Positions 28,348-37,638 of a stretch of 64,000 bases of DNA are shown here, piece by piece. Position numbers and translations under genes: made by a program. Under the pieces are notes generated by a model. The model was not told the DNA's origin. It saw only the letters and a list, made by a program, of their open reading frames with translations, and made no database searches. The stretch lies in the sequence record NC_017972.1; one strand, given 5' to 3'. Every line of letters starts with the position of its first letter. Position 1 is the stretch's first letter.

Positions 28348-30452
28348 TTTGGTTCCAGATATTCTCGGATTTCTTTGAGTTGGTTCGCTGCCATGCCCTG
28401 ATGCTCAAAGCGCAGGCGCTCTTCCATCATTTGCAGCGTAACAATCCACGAAGGTTTTACTACGGGCACCGGCAGTTCGGACAAGAACGCCTTTTCACTT
28501 TCAGAGTACACGCGAGGACGATGCACACGCACCGGCTCTTCACTGCGACCGCCGCGATACTCTTCGATCAATTCGCCGTTTTCATTTTCGCGTGGCAATG
28601 CGTCAACGTCGATTCCCAATTCTTCGGCCATGTCGCTGCTCATAATGATAAGTTCCGGTAATTCAGTGGATTCAGATGCTGCCAGAACCTCAGCGAGTTC
28701 TGCGAGTTTTTCGCCAAACTCTTTGCTTACTTCTGGATGCTCGCCAACGCGAACAAAACCGTCGTCTGCTTTGCTTACGTCAGGCAGGCTCGGGTCCAAA
28801 TCTTGCGCAGTGGTCAACCGGTTTTCAGCTACTGCAACTTCTTGCAAAGCTTCTACCAATTTTTCCTCTTCGCCTTCGGTCCAAACGTGCGGTGGTGTAC
28901 CGATTGGTGCAGGCGGTGCGGTAAGGGTAAGCGTGCCGTCTTCCAAACCCTGCTTGAGCTGTTCGACAATTGCAGGATCGACACTCATACTATTTACATT
29001 TTCCAGACCGGCGACTTCGCTAGCGTCACGCTCAGCAATTTCGATCTGTTTTTGCTCTTCCTCTTCGATGCAAGCGACAAGTTCTTTCGACAGCTCGTCG
29101 GACAACAGGTGATCGGCAGGCAGCTCGATTTCCACTACCTGTTTTTCTTCTGCGCGAGGCGGGAAAAGCCACTGCGTTTCAGCGTCGAATTCCGCCAGCT
29201 TAGTCAGGGTCAGCGCGTCGAGAATCTTTTTACGATCCGACAGATTCAGCTGGAATTTTTTCATGAACGCGGAGAAGCGGACGCCAGTGCTGATGAAATC
29301 AACAATGTCCTTGGAATCCAGCTCTTCGATTTGCTTGTACTCTTGCGTCGGGAAAGACGACGGTTTGTGATGCTGGAAATTCTCGGTTTTGTGCGGTTGT
29401 TTGGGCGAATGCTGGAAGCGCCCAAGGTGTTTGCCTTTGCTGATGTTGGCGAGATTACTAAGGTTGTAATCCAGCTCTTTCAGCACAGAGATAATCGTTT
29501 TCGGAGCCAACCGCAGCTCCATCACAACAGCAAGCAAAGAGAAACGATTATTGCGCTCAACGAATTCAGAAACGCGGGCGCGGATTTGATCCGGCTCAAG
29601 CCCAACCACGCGAATCATATACAGCGCTTCTGGATTGTAATCCGCCGTCGGGTCAACAAACTGGCCGTCGTCGTAGCAGATAACGTCATCGCTTTGCACA
29701 ACGTCGTCAAAAACATTCATGAATGCGTTGTAGTCACACTCATGGTCTTTGCAAAGGTCTTCGTAGCAGGATTTCGCGGTGAACGAATCAGTCTGCGCAC
29801 GAATGAAATCAGCAATATCAGAATCGCTAATGTGTTTGCTTTCTGGCTCTGCAACTGGCGCCGGTTCCGACGTAACCGGGATCGGTTTCACAGCTGCACG
29901 CTTGAATGCTTCGCCCGGATTGGCGAGTTCGTAGAACGAATCGATTTTAATCAGCTGTCCAGACTGACAAAGCGCACGCAACGGGCGCGCAACAGAACGC
30001 CCGTCCGTGTGCCCAAGTTTGCCCGCAATCCACGATGCTGTACGACGTTGGCCGTCGTTCATGTAGTACATAATGGATTCTTCGGTAATCACACCGACAC
30101 CAGAACGCGGCGGCAGATCGTCATTGTTTTTCGGCTTCATCGCCTCTTCAATCAATTCTTGCTTACGATCTACCATTGGCTCTACTTCCTGTGTGCTCTG
30201 TTCTGGCTCAGGCAGGCCGTAGGTTTGTGCAACCTCGGCCTGCTCTTTCTTCATGAATTCGTCGCTGATATAAAAACGGTTGTCTTCATTGCAACGAACA
30301 TACATAAGTGATTTTAGGCGTGTCACCGCACGGCTGATTTGCGTGTAAGACGACATGCACATGTCGGTGTAAACGGTAAGAGTACGCCCCGGCGCTTCAA
30401 TGATCGAAAGCAGCAGTGCGGCCTCTAATGCGGACAAGTCTTTCATTATCAA
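28344..30452 (-). CDS. protein with several predicted winged-helix domains and an acidic C-terminus
   Basis: 702 aa; several ~55 aa helix-helix-helix-hairpin segments, e.g. TASWIAGKLGHTDGRSVARPLRALCQSGQLIK. Confidence 0.55.
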   Translation of the reverse strand: MIMKDLSALEAALLLSIIEAPGRTLTVYTDMCMSSYTQISRAVTRLKSLMYVRCNEDNRFYISDEFMKKEQAEVAQTYGLPEPEQSTQEVEPMVDRKQELIEEAMKPKNNDDLPPRSGVGVITEESIMYYMNDGQRRTASWIAGKLGHTDGRSVARPLRALCQSGQLIKIDSFYELANPGEAFKRAAVKPIPVTSEPAPVAEPESKHISDSDIADFIRAQTDSFTAKSCYEDLCKDHECDYNAFMNVFDDVVQSDDVICYDDGQFVDPTADYNPEALYMIRVVGLEPDQIRARVSEFVERNNRFSLLAVVMELRLAPKTIISVLKELDYNLSNLANISKGKHLGRFQHSPKQPHKTENFQHHKPSSFPTQEYKQIEELDSKDIVDFISTGVRFSAFMKKFQLNLSDRKKILDALTLTKLAEFDAETQWLFPPRAEEKQVVEIELPADHLLSDELSKELVACIEEEEQKQIEIAERDASEVAGLENVNSMSVDPAIVEQLKQGLEDGTLTLTAPPAPIGTPPHVWTEGEEEKLVEALQEVAVAENRLTTAQDLDPSLPDVSKADDGFVRVGEHPEVSKEFGEKLAELAEVLAASESTELPELIIMSSDMAEELGIDVDALPRENENGELIEEYRGGRSEEPVRVHRPRVYSESEKAFLSELPVPVVKPSWIVTLQMMEERLRFEHQGMAANQLKEIREYLEPK

Positions 30453-31570
30453 TCCTTGGCAATGAACGCACCAACCGCAGAATAAAATGCTACCGTTTCA
30501 TCGACGGTGGTGGTGTTCAGCTTGAGTTCAATCTCACTCAGCAAATTCTGGATTTGCACCAGTTCGGGAAGCTTGGATTTAACCTTGAGCGCTTCAAACA
30601 ATTTGCCATTGTACGGCGTGTATTTGTTCAGGCCGGTATGCTTGCCGATGCAGTATTCCACCAACCAACGGGTTTTGCTGATCAAGCCACGGGCACCGCC
30701 GCAGGTCTTGATTGCCTGAATCATTTTCACGTAGTCGGCTTGCAGGATCGCCGCCAGCAAGTGCGCGGAATACTGATCGAGGTCCGCTTCCATATCGACA
30801 AACGACGACATGTCGTCTGGATTGTAATCGGCACCAGAAGCCAGAACAGAAAGAAAAATATCCAGCTTCGACACTGCTTCACGAAGCGAGCCGTTACTGG
30901 ATTCTGCAATGGTGCTGATCGCTTTCTTCGCGGTCTTCTTGATCGTAGCGCCTTCGGCTTCGGCGATGAACAACAGACGCGAAACCATTGTTTCCATTTC
31001 AATCTGTTTAAGGCGCAGGTGAGTCGCACGACTTACCAAAGCTTTGTTCATTTTTTCCGGGTTGGTGGTACAGAGAACCCAAATGGTATTCGGGCTAGGA
31101 TTCTCGGTCGCAACCAACAGTGCTTTTTCACTGGCATCGCGCAGGGCGTGAACCTCGTCCACGATCACCACACGTTTGCGGAATGCTGGCGCGTTATTCG
31201 ATCCAGAAATCAGCGCACGAATTTCATCGATCTTGCCATGCACGGCGGCGTCGTGTTCGATGATATCCGGGTGCTTGTTGAATTTGCAGCTGGTGCATTT
31301 GCCGCACATGCTCAGCTTTTCGCAGTTGATCTGCTTAGCCATGATTTTGGCAAAGGAAGTTTTGCCGCAACCGTAGTGGCCGGAGAACATGATAACCGCA
31401 GGAACTTTTCCGCGTTTGAACATGCCTTCCAATGCAGCAACGGTTGCGTCTTGGCCTACCACGTCTTTCAGCCTTCGCGGGCGGTACTGGTTAGCCAATT
31501 GCGAAGTTTCAAGCGTCACCTTTTCCGAGGATTCGCCTTTCTTCTTTTTCACTTTCTCTTTAGTCGCCAT
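30449..31570 (-). CDS. dnaX: clamp loader, DNA polymerase III gamma/tau-like AAA+ ATPase
   Basis: LANQYRP, VVGQ, GHYGCGKTS, CEKLSMCGKCTSC zinc module, IVDEVH, LVSRA. Confidence 0.92.
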   Translation of the reverse strand: MATKEKVKKKKGESSEKVTLETSQLANQYRPRRLKDVVGQDATVAALEGMFKRGKVPAVIMFSGHYGCGKTSFAKIMAKQINCEKLSMCGKCTSCKFNKHPDIIEHDAAVHGKIDEIRALISGSNNAPAFRKRVVIVDEVHALRDASEKALLVATENPSPNTIWVLCTTNPEKMNKALVSRATHLRLKQIEMETMVSRLLFIAEAEGATIKKTAKKAISTIAESSNGSLREAVSKLDIFLSVLASGADYNPDDMSSFVDMEADLDQYSAHLLAAILQADYVKMIQAIKTCGGARGLISKTRWLVEYCIGKHTGLNKYTPYNGKLFEALKVKSKLPELVQIQNLLSEIELKLNTTTVDETVAFYSAVGAFIAKD

Positions 31571-31601
31571 GTCGAAGCTCTTTCGTTGTGGGTATACCTA
31601 C

Positions 31602-31611
31602 TATTTACAGT
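31602..31611 (-). promoter_or_regulatory. ACTGTAAATA motif upstream of dnaX
   Basis: 31 nt before the start codon. Confidence 0.7.
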
Positions 31612-31919
31612 TAGATAACCATAGATGCAGGTGCGGGTTTAGGTGGCGCTGGGACAGGCGCGGGCAGAGCCTGTTTAGGTGGAATGCCGCACAAAATAAC
31701 TTTGCTATCCGTTCCAAACTTTGCAGTGTAGGAAACTGTGTTGCCGGTGTAAATGCGAATGTACACAATGCCGTCCACACAGATTTGATCTTGAGTGGAG
31801 CCGCTTCTGTAAACCATCGCTTGCCCTTCTTGCGAAAGGCTATACACAGGCGGAGGCGAGTCGGAACCACAACCGGCCAGAGCCGATGCCAGTGCGGCAA
31901 TCAAAAATACCCGTTTCAT
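31611..31919 (-). CDS. lipoprotein
   Basis: signal peptide MKRVFLIAALASA followed by the lipobox LAGC; Pro-rich C-terminus. Confidence 0.8.
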   Translation of the reverse strand: MKRVFLIAALASALAGCGSDSPPPVYSLSQEGQAMVYRSGSTQDQICVDGIVYIRIYTGNTVSYTAKFGTDSKVILCGIPPKQALPAPVPAPPKPAPASMVI

Positions 31920-31937
31920 GTCCCAGTACCTATTTCG

Positions 31938-33104
31938 TTATTCGGCTTTGGCCGCTTTGATAGTTTTTTCGAGAAGCTTTGTGCAAGACTTCGGAATTTG
32001 CTTGCCTTTGAGGTGCGCTACAAATACTTCGGCAAACATTTTCTGCACGGAGGTGGCAGCGACTTGGCCCAACACGGCAGTTACCGAACCAGTGTTAGAA
32101 GTTGCTGCCGAGGTCGGCCAGATATCACCGAGAACCTTGCTGTTTTGGTTCAGCAGAATGTTCACGTCTTCTGGCGACATTTTGTGAATTTTCTTGAGGT
32201 AGGCCAGCGCCTCTTTGAACAGCGCGGCTTCGTCTTCTTCAAGATCACGCTGGAATTCGCGCACGCTCATTTGCGAGGAAACCAGCGAAGTGAACAGCGC
32301 TTCCATGTCGGCTTTTTTCGCCTTGGAAACTTTGGTCAGGGAGTTGTAAAGTTCCAGCCATTCCGAACGCACTTTCTCAGGAACGTAACGGAACCAAATG
32401 GCAAGGCCCGTTTCGTGGAGAACGTAGGTTTGGTTTTCGATCTGATCCTCAAGGATGACCGGGTGGAGTTTTACCAAATCAATCGGCGAGCCAGTTTTGA
32501 AACTGACGTTGTAGGTGCCGGTGGCTTTGCCTTTTGGCGAATGCACTTCGACACGCGCAAACGGATAGACTTTACCGAGGCCAATTTCTTCGACTTTCGC
32601 TACGGCTTTCTTGATGCCGATGCGCAGCGCTTTGGCTTCCGCTTCGTTGATCTTGCGGTAGTCGTGAATCTGCCCGATTGGCGAATCGATTTCACCGTGA
32701 CGCGGATTAATGGAAACGCCGAAAGCAGAACCGGGCGACGGCTGCTTACCGAGGTTGGCAACCAGCGAATCCGCGTCATATTCCACGGTTACTGGTTCGT
32801 CCATTTCCATTGTGTCCTCGACGTAAGCGGTATTGCGCTTAGGCGAGTGAGCGAAACAGAGTTTGTTTTTCTTGCCGATGCGGACGATGATGAAATCGTC
32901 TTTTTCGACAGTGATCATTGTCTTGTTGGAGACTTTGACCTTTTTCTTTACTTCGGTCGGTTCAGCACTGCCAGACACGTCGATGCTCTGGTCTTTCATG
33001 CTTTTCTTCGACTTCTTTTCTTTCTTCGGTTGCAGGTCGAGTCCTTTGGACAGGGCTACGTCCTTAGACTTCTTTTTCTTCTTTTTCTTTAGATCATCAC
33101 TCAT
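31938..33104 (-). CDS. hypothetical protein with degenerate zincin-like motifs and a Lys-rich N-terminus
   Basis: YVLHETGLAIW (HExxH with the second His lost) and downstream MFAEVF. Confidence 0.55.
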   Translation of the reverse strand: MSDDLKKKKKKKSKDVALSKGLDLQPKKEKKSKKSMKDQSIDVSGSAEPTEVKKKVKVSNKTMITVEKDDFIIVRIGKKNKLCFAHSPKRNTAYVEDTMEMDEPVTVEYDADSLVANLGKQPSPGSAFGVSINPRHGEIDSPIGQIHDYRKINEAEAKALRIGIKKAVAKVEEIGLGKVYPFARVEVHSPKGKATGTYNVSFKTGSPIDLVKLHPVILEDQIENQTYVLHETGLAIWFRYVPEKVRSEWLELYNSLTKVSKAKKADMEALFTSLVSSQMSVREFQRDLEEDEAALFKEALAYLKKIHKMSPEDVNILLNQNSKVLGDIWPTSAATSNTGSVTAVLGQVAATSVQKMFAEVFVAHLKGKQIPKSCTKLLEKTIKAAKAE

Positions 33105-33429
33105 TTTTCAGTACCTCTATGTACGCTACTTCTCCCTCGTAAGGAATGCCTGTAGCGGCGTGAAAGAAACGGGAAAGCTTGCGGGAATTCGCGGTGTGCA
33201 GTTTGTGTGCATCGACATGCACGCGAGAGCCTGCAAGCTTCACATAATGAATTTGCGAGAATGGAATCTCACGCTCTTCGACAATCGTGCGGATACTGGC
33301 GAACTTTTCCTTTTGGAAATCGCCCATGTACCAACCGCCTGTGAACGTTGGCAGGCTGGTCGGTGCGGGCGAACCGAACGTGCAGCGCCACACTTTTACT
33401 TTACGAAAATTTACTCTGCGAGATTTCAT
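33097..33429 (-). CDS. hypothetical protein
   Basis: 110 aa ORF overlapping the downstream start. Confidence 0.6.
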   Translation of the reverse strand: MKSRRVNFRKVKVWRCTFGSPAPTSLPTFTGGWYMGDFQKEKFASIRTIVEEREIPFSQIHYVKLAGSRVHVDAHKLHTANSRKLSRFFHAATGIPYEGEVAYIEVLKNE

Positions 33430-33453
33430 AGGTTTGCATCTTGCAATAGGGCG

Positions 33454-33711
33454 TCACGACGGACGGCTTAGGCCTGCCAAATAGACAGCTGGGTTAAACG
33501 ATTCGTCGGCTACCACTTTCAGTTCCAATTTCTGGACTTGGTAGTGGCAGTTGCCGTTACGAATTGCACTAAGAATGTCGTTGTACTTTTGCTCACTGAT
33601 GAATTCCCAATCGTCCCAGTCGGCTTCGATTTGTTCATCGGTGTGTGGGCCGCGACCGGCTGTGTCGTAGCGATACCAGCTCCGCTTTCGGTAAACGAAT
33701 TCTGTAGACAT
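33454..33711 (-). CDS. hypothetical protein, paralogue of the next ORF
   Basis: W.EWE.ISEQKY..I...HYQ.Q.L..V...SFNPA.Y shared with 33711..34220. Confidence 0.7.
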   Translation of the reverse strand: MSTEFVYRKRSWYRYDTAGRGPHTDEQIEADWDDWEFISEQKYNDILSAIRNGNCHYQVQKLELKVVADESFNPAVYLAGLSRPS

Positions 33712-34220
33712 TAGCGCGTCCGTTCGTGTTCTGGATTGTGGAACGTAAACGTGGTGTGCAGCACGTTGCCGATTTTCAGCGAACCGTAGGTGCCTTGGAA
33801 TTCCAGTGCAGCCGCGTATTCAATCTGCGCAATTCGTTCGTTTGCATTTGCGGCATACACATGGTTTCGCTCAGCAAGCAACCACGGCGTCCACTCTTTG
33901 CCGTCGAAGCAACGGAACAGCGAAATACGTTTCGTTTTTGCAGGTGTCGGGATGTTCTGCTTTGCCCGTTCGTGCTCGATGTATTTCGCCGGGTTAAACG
34001 ATTTGTCTTCTGCGACCACAACGTCAAGCGCCTGCGCCTGATAATGGCTCGGGCTAGGCCACGCAATGTATTCGCAGATTTCTTTGTACTTCTGCTCGCT
34101 GATGATTTCCCATTCGCCCCAGCCTGCTTCGATCTGCTCAGGCGTGATATCTTTGTGGCGTGAACCGTACCAGACGTTCACGTCCCAAGTGCGATAACGA
34201 TAAATCTTTTCGGTTGTCAT
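33711..34220 (-). CDS. hypothetical protein, paralogue of the previous ORF
   Basis: same domain plus a C-terminal extension. Confidence 0.7.
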   Translation of the reverse strand: MTTEKIYRYRTWDVNVWYGSRHKDITPEQIEAGWGEWEIISEQKYKEICEYIAWPSPSHYQAQALDVVVAEDKSFNPAKYIEHERAKQNIPTPAKTKRISLFRCFDGKEWTPWLLAERNHVYAANANERIAQIEYAAALEFQGTYGSLKIGNVLHTTFTFHNPEHERTR

Positions 34221-34222
34221 GA

Positions 34223-34843
34223 TTATTCGCCGACCGTAACGTGACCAGCCAAGGCTGCAATTTGTTTGGTCATGAAACCGTTAACCAAACATTCGTTTTC
34301 AACGAGGCCCATATACTCCAGTTTGATATTTTCTTGGAACTGGAACTCGCCACCGGGCAGCATGGTTTCATTGAAACGTTTGAGGGTTTTTGCCCAAATA
34401 CAACCGTTGCCTCCGACGTAGAGGACCGTTACCGGGTAGTTTTCCCGTGCGTTCGGATTTGCGCGTTCGTTCGCATAACCCAAAACCAGATATCGATTGC
34501 CGTTAGTGTGATGGGTAAACGAAGCGCCGATGCCGGGCAGCATATGACTGGACGGCACGCCTTCAATAGCACGCGGACGGTTTACGATTTCGTATGCGCC
34601 ACCCAACTCAAACGAATGAACAATTTTGGTTTCGCCCGCATCGTTAACACCCACGATAACGGAATCATCGGCGGCGGTGATGTGATACAAACCAGAATCG
34701 CATTTAATGCTGTGCAGTCCGACAACACACGGCATGTATTTCAGCACGCCAGCTTCTACGCGCACATTGTACAGGCGCTGGCTTTGGTTAAGCGTCATTA
34801 CCTGATCAATCAGGTCGTTTACTTGCTCTTCGTTGTATCGCAT
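34223..34843 (-). CDS. protein with a C-terminal DUF1653-like domain
   Basis: FTHHTNGNRYLVLGYA...VTVLYV..IWAKTLKRFNE fits the DUF1653 pattern. Confidence 0.55.
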   Translation of the reverse strand: MRYNEEQVNDLIDQVMTLNQSQRLYNVRVEAGVLKYMPCVVGLHSIKCDSGLYHITAADDSVIVGVNDAGETKIVHSFELGGAYEIVNRPRAIEGVPSSHMLPGIGASFTHHTNGNRYLVLGYANERANPNARENYPVTVLYVGGNGCIWAKTLKRFNETMLPGGEFQFQENIKLEYMGLVENECLVNGFMTKQIAALAGHVTVGE

Positions 34844-35469
34844 GGCGCACCTTTAATCATTAGTTTGTTTTGCAGTAGGAGGACAACGGCGTACCCGTGC
34901 GCGGCGATGATATGCGCTTTTGTGGATAAACAGGTGCCGTTGTATGCGTTGCTCAAAATGACGTATGGATCGAAATCCAATGGGAGGTCCGCTGCCTCAC
35001 AAATGCCCAGCAATTTTTCTACCAGCTCAGGCATTACCATAATCGGCAAAGGAACCGGGCCATTCTTTGGCGCTGCGTCCCGCATAACGATTCGACCGTG
35101 CGCGTCGGGGAATTGCACAACAATGCGATCCGCCAATACATGCACACGGGCCGTTTGCCACATATCAACCACGGTCGAAGTGTACGAAGCAAACGTTACA
35201 AACGAATCGAATTCGGCGCGGACAAAACTTAACAGCTCATAGCCGAGATTTACGTCGTCTAATTCAAGCTGCAAAGGTTTTGACCGCGTGCCGCTCGGGC
35301 GCCAATAGCCCTGTTTGGTTAGCGCGGTGTACGGGCGTTTCTCCCGAAAACCAACCGCGTATCCGTTGCCCGCGAAGTAATACAGGCTGTTGTCGTAAAG
35401 GCACATATTCGCGCCGAACGAACGGCACTGTTTTACAAAGGCAGAGTCAAGGATGCTAACCTCGATCAT
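34819..35469 (-). CDS. hypothetical protein
   Basis: 216 aa ORF preceded by the ACTGTAAATA motif. Confidence 0.7.
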   Translation of the reverse strand: MIEVSILDSAFVKQCRSFGANMCLYDNSLYYFAGNGYAVGFREKRPYTALTKQGYWRPSGTRSKPLQLELDDVNLGYELLSFVRAEFDSFVTFASYTSTVVDMWQTARVHVLADRIVVQFPDAHGRIVMRDAAPKNGPVPLPIMVMPELVEKLLGICEAADLPLDFDPYVILSNAYNGTCLSTKAHIIAAHGYAVVLLLQNKLMIKGAPCDTTKSK

Positions 35470-35498
35470 GGTGAGTTTCCTACTACGTTGTTTCCTAA

Positions 35499-35508
35499 TA
35501 TTTACAGT
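35499..35508 (-). promoter_or_regulatory. ACTGTAAATA motif
   Basis: 29 nt before the start at 35469. Confidence 0.7.
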
Positions 35509-36890
35509 ATTTCGCCCTGCATACGAATGGTTGGAATGCGCTTGAATTCAATTTCGTCGGGCTTTGATTTCTTTTTCTTCGGCGCTACCTTGGCTACCGG
35601 TTTCGCTTTCTGTTTGGCAGCAGCCTTTGCAGCTTCGTCGTCTTTCTTTTTCTGGCGGGCGGCGCGGCGCTCTTCTTTCTGGCGCTCTTCCTCAGCCTTT
35701 TTATTCAGACGTTTTTCCCGGCGTTCGTCACGCGCTTTGTTTTCTGCATCGACCACTTTACGGCGGGCGGCTTGCTCATTCGCTTTACGTTTATCCAGAT
35801 AGGCCTTGGCCTCGCTGGCGTCTTTGTTCCGTTTCTCTTCTTTTTCCATTGTTTTCAGGCGATCAATCGTTTCGTTGCGATAGCGCACGGTAAGTTTTGC
35901 TGCAACGTCCGTAGGTTCAGAATCAGCGGTAACGTTGGTGTGCTCAACCTGCATACGGCAATCGATTGTGAAAAACCGATCTTTTACTCGCGCGTTGCGG
36001 GTCTGTACCTGCGCCATAACCAGCATGTCGTAAAGGTGATCGATGCCGGTCGCCTGCTCGATCATGCCCTCGCGCCGCGTCATGTGTTTTTGCAAAGCAA
36101 TGGTGCGGGTTTTGCTCAGAATGTCGCGAACTGCTTCCACGCGATGGAAAGAGTATTTTTCAAACTGCGCAGCGCGGTCGCCTGCAATCATATTGGAATA
36201 CTGCGCCGGGAAACTGAATACTGCGCTTTCAAAATCTGTTTGGTTGGCGTAGTGCTTTTTACGCTGGATGGGACTCAGGCTCAGGTGGCTTTCGTAAATG
36301 TCGCGCTGGTATTTCCAACGCTTCGCCATGTTCGCATATTCCTTGCGCGCAAGGTTGAGCATGACCGAACCATAATGCAGGTTTTCAAAATGCTTGCCGT
36401 CGGTAGCCAACGTCAAAGCAATCTGGCCTTTGCTGCTGTAGGACGTGAACAGCACAGCAAACGGAACGGTCGGCGCTTTATACGAAATTTCTTGCCACTC
36501 ACGGGTAAAACAAGTGCCGTCAATCAGCACGCTTTCTGTTTTCCCGCTCCAATAGGTATCAGCGTAGATTTTGCGCAGGTACGCTTCCTGCTCGCGGAAA
36601 TCATCCATGCCCTGAATGTCCCACATTTCGATAATGCGCAGCGCAAACGCATTCATGTTGCTAAGCATTTTGCGGATGCTGGATTCTGTGCTGCCCCAGC
36701 TTTTCGGACAGCCTTTCGACAGGCGACGTTTTGCGTTGTATTCGGGATTGAATTCTAAGCCGGTCACGTCACGCGCAAGGCTATTGTGCATGAGGTGCGT
36801 ATAAATCATGGTGAACACGTTGTCGGTGTATGTTTTGCTAATGTGTTTTGCGTTGCCGCCTTGCGTGTAGCTAGGTACGTAAACTTGCAT
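35502..36890 (-). CDS. hypothetical protein with a charged, Lys-rich coiled-coil C-terminus
   Basis: 462 aa ORF. Confidence 0.75.
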   Translation of the reverse strand: MQVYVPSYTQGGNAKHISKTYTDNVFTMIYTHLMHNSLARDVTGLEFNPEYNAKRRLSKGCPKSWGSTESSIRKMLSNMNAFALRIIEMWDIQGMDDFREQEAYLRKIYADTYWSGKTESVLIDGTCFTREWQEISYKAPTVPFAVLFTSYSSKGQIALTLATDGKHFENLHYGSVMLNLARKEYANMAKRWKYQRDIYESHLSLSPIQRKKHYANQTDFESAVFSFPAQYSNMIAGDRAAQFEKYSFHRVEAVRDILSKTRTIALQKHMTRREGMIEQATGIDHLYDMLVMAQVQTRNARVKDRFFTIDCRMQVEHTNVTADSEPTDVAAKLTVRYRNETIDRLKTMEKEEKRNKDASEAKAYLDKRKANEQAARRKVVDAENKARDERREKRLNKKAEEERQKEERRAARQKKKDDEAAKAAAKQKAKPVAKVAPKKKKSKPDEIEFKRIPTIRMQGEIL

Positions 36891-37482
36891 GGGTGTTTCC
36901 TCTGGTCAGTATTTCATTTATGTAATTCGAGTGGGCAAAGCTGGAGCACCCCGAAACCGAAAAGCGGCGCGGGGGAAAGGGGGCGGCGGAACTGGGGATA
37001 GGGGGCGCCTTTCGGCGCTATTATGCTAAGCCGCTCGGCGTGCATTATACGCCCTGAACCTTGTTATGGTTTGACCGTCCATTTATGGAACGCGCAAACA
37101 GAGCTATCCCTTTAATTCACTCCCCACCGGCCTGCCTCACGCCTTTTCATCCGATGTGGGTTTCGATGCTGAATGTGGGGGACGCTGGGTGGCTGGAATA
37201 GGGGTCGCTTCGCTCCCCTTTTCCGCTTCGCGGAATCCTATTCTTTTTCGCTTCGCTCAGCTCGCTAGCGCTCGCAGCGTCGCTGCGCTCCGCTACGTTG
37301 CTTTTGCAAGCTTCCAGCCGGTTCCTTATTCTGCATTTCTTTTTCAATCAACCTGTGTTCCTTGTGCTCCCTTGTGTGGGGGAATCTCTGCGCTTCCTGT
37401 GGTTCGTTCCTCACCCCGCATTGAACAATCATACCAACCATTGTTCCAATTGCTCCCTCAATACCAACGTCCCTATAGTCAG

Positions 37483-37491
37483 TATTTACAG
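37483..37491 (-). promoter_or_regulatory. CTGTAAATA motif pointing into the non-coding region
   Basis: matches the recurrent motif; no credible CDS nearby downstream. Confidence 0.5.
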
Positions 37492-37602
37492 ATTTTAAAT
37501 CTACCCTAATCCAGCCTTAATCGGGGTCTATTAGGTTGGGTCCATTAGAATGCAACCCTAATGATTAGGCCCATTCATTCAAATGCGTATAATGCGGGCA
37601 AT

Positions 37603-37628
37603 AAAAAAGGGGACCGATTAAGGCCCCC
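37603..37628 (-). terminator. intrinsic terminator
   Basis: GGGGGCC/GGTCCCC stem plus TTTTTT on the minus strand, after the stop at 37639. Confidence 0.8.
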
Positions 37629-37638
37629 TTTAGGTGGA

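Larger units (their letters stand above)
36891..37638. other. long non-coding region (candidate origin, terminus or regulatory hub)
   Basis: ~750 nt with no credible CDS in a gene-dense genome; G-runs, hairpins, inverted repeats, strong strand asymmetry. Confidence 0.6.

Noticed and set aside
22240-30452. Wadjet/MksBEFG-type SMC defence system
   Set aside because: The ATPase has a CPTC zinc hook (Rad50 type) rather than an SMC hinge, and the nuclease is Mre11-type rather than TOPRIM
30449-31570. Programmed -1 frameshift giving tau and gamma forms
   Set aside because: The ORF is already gamma-length, and I saw no A-AAA-AAG slippery site with a downstream tau extension
37147-37509. Small ORFs 37147-37347 and 37156-37509 as genes
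   Set aside because: No clear RBS, codon usage unlike the real genes, and they overlap the hairpin-rich low-complexity stretch
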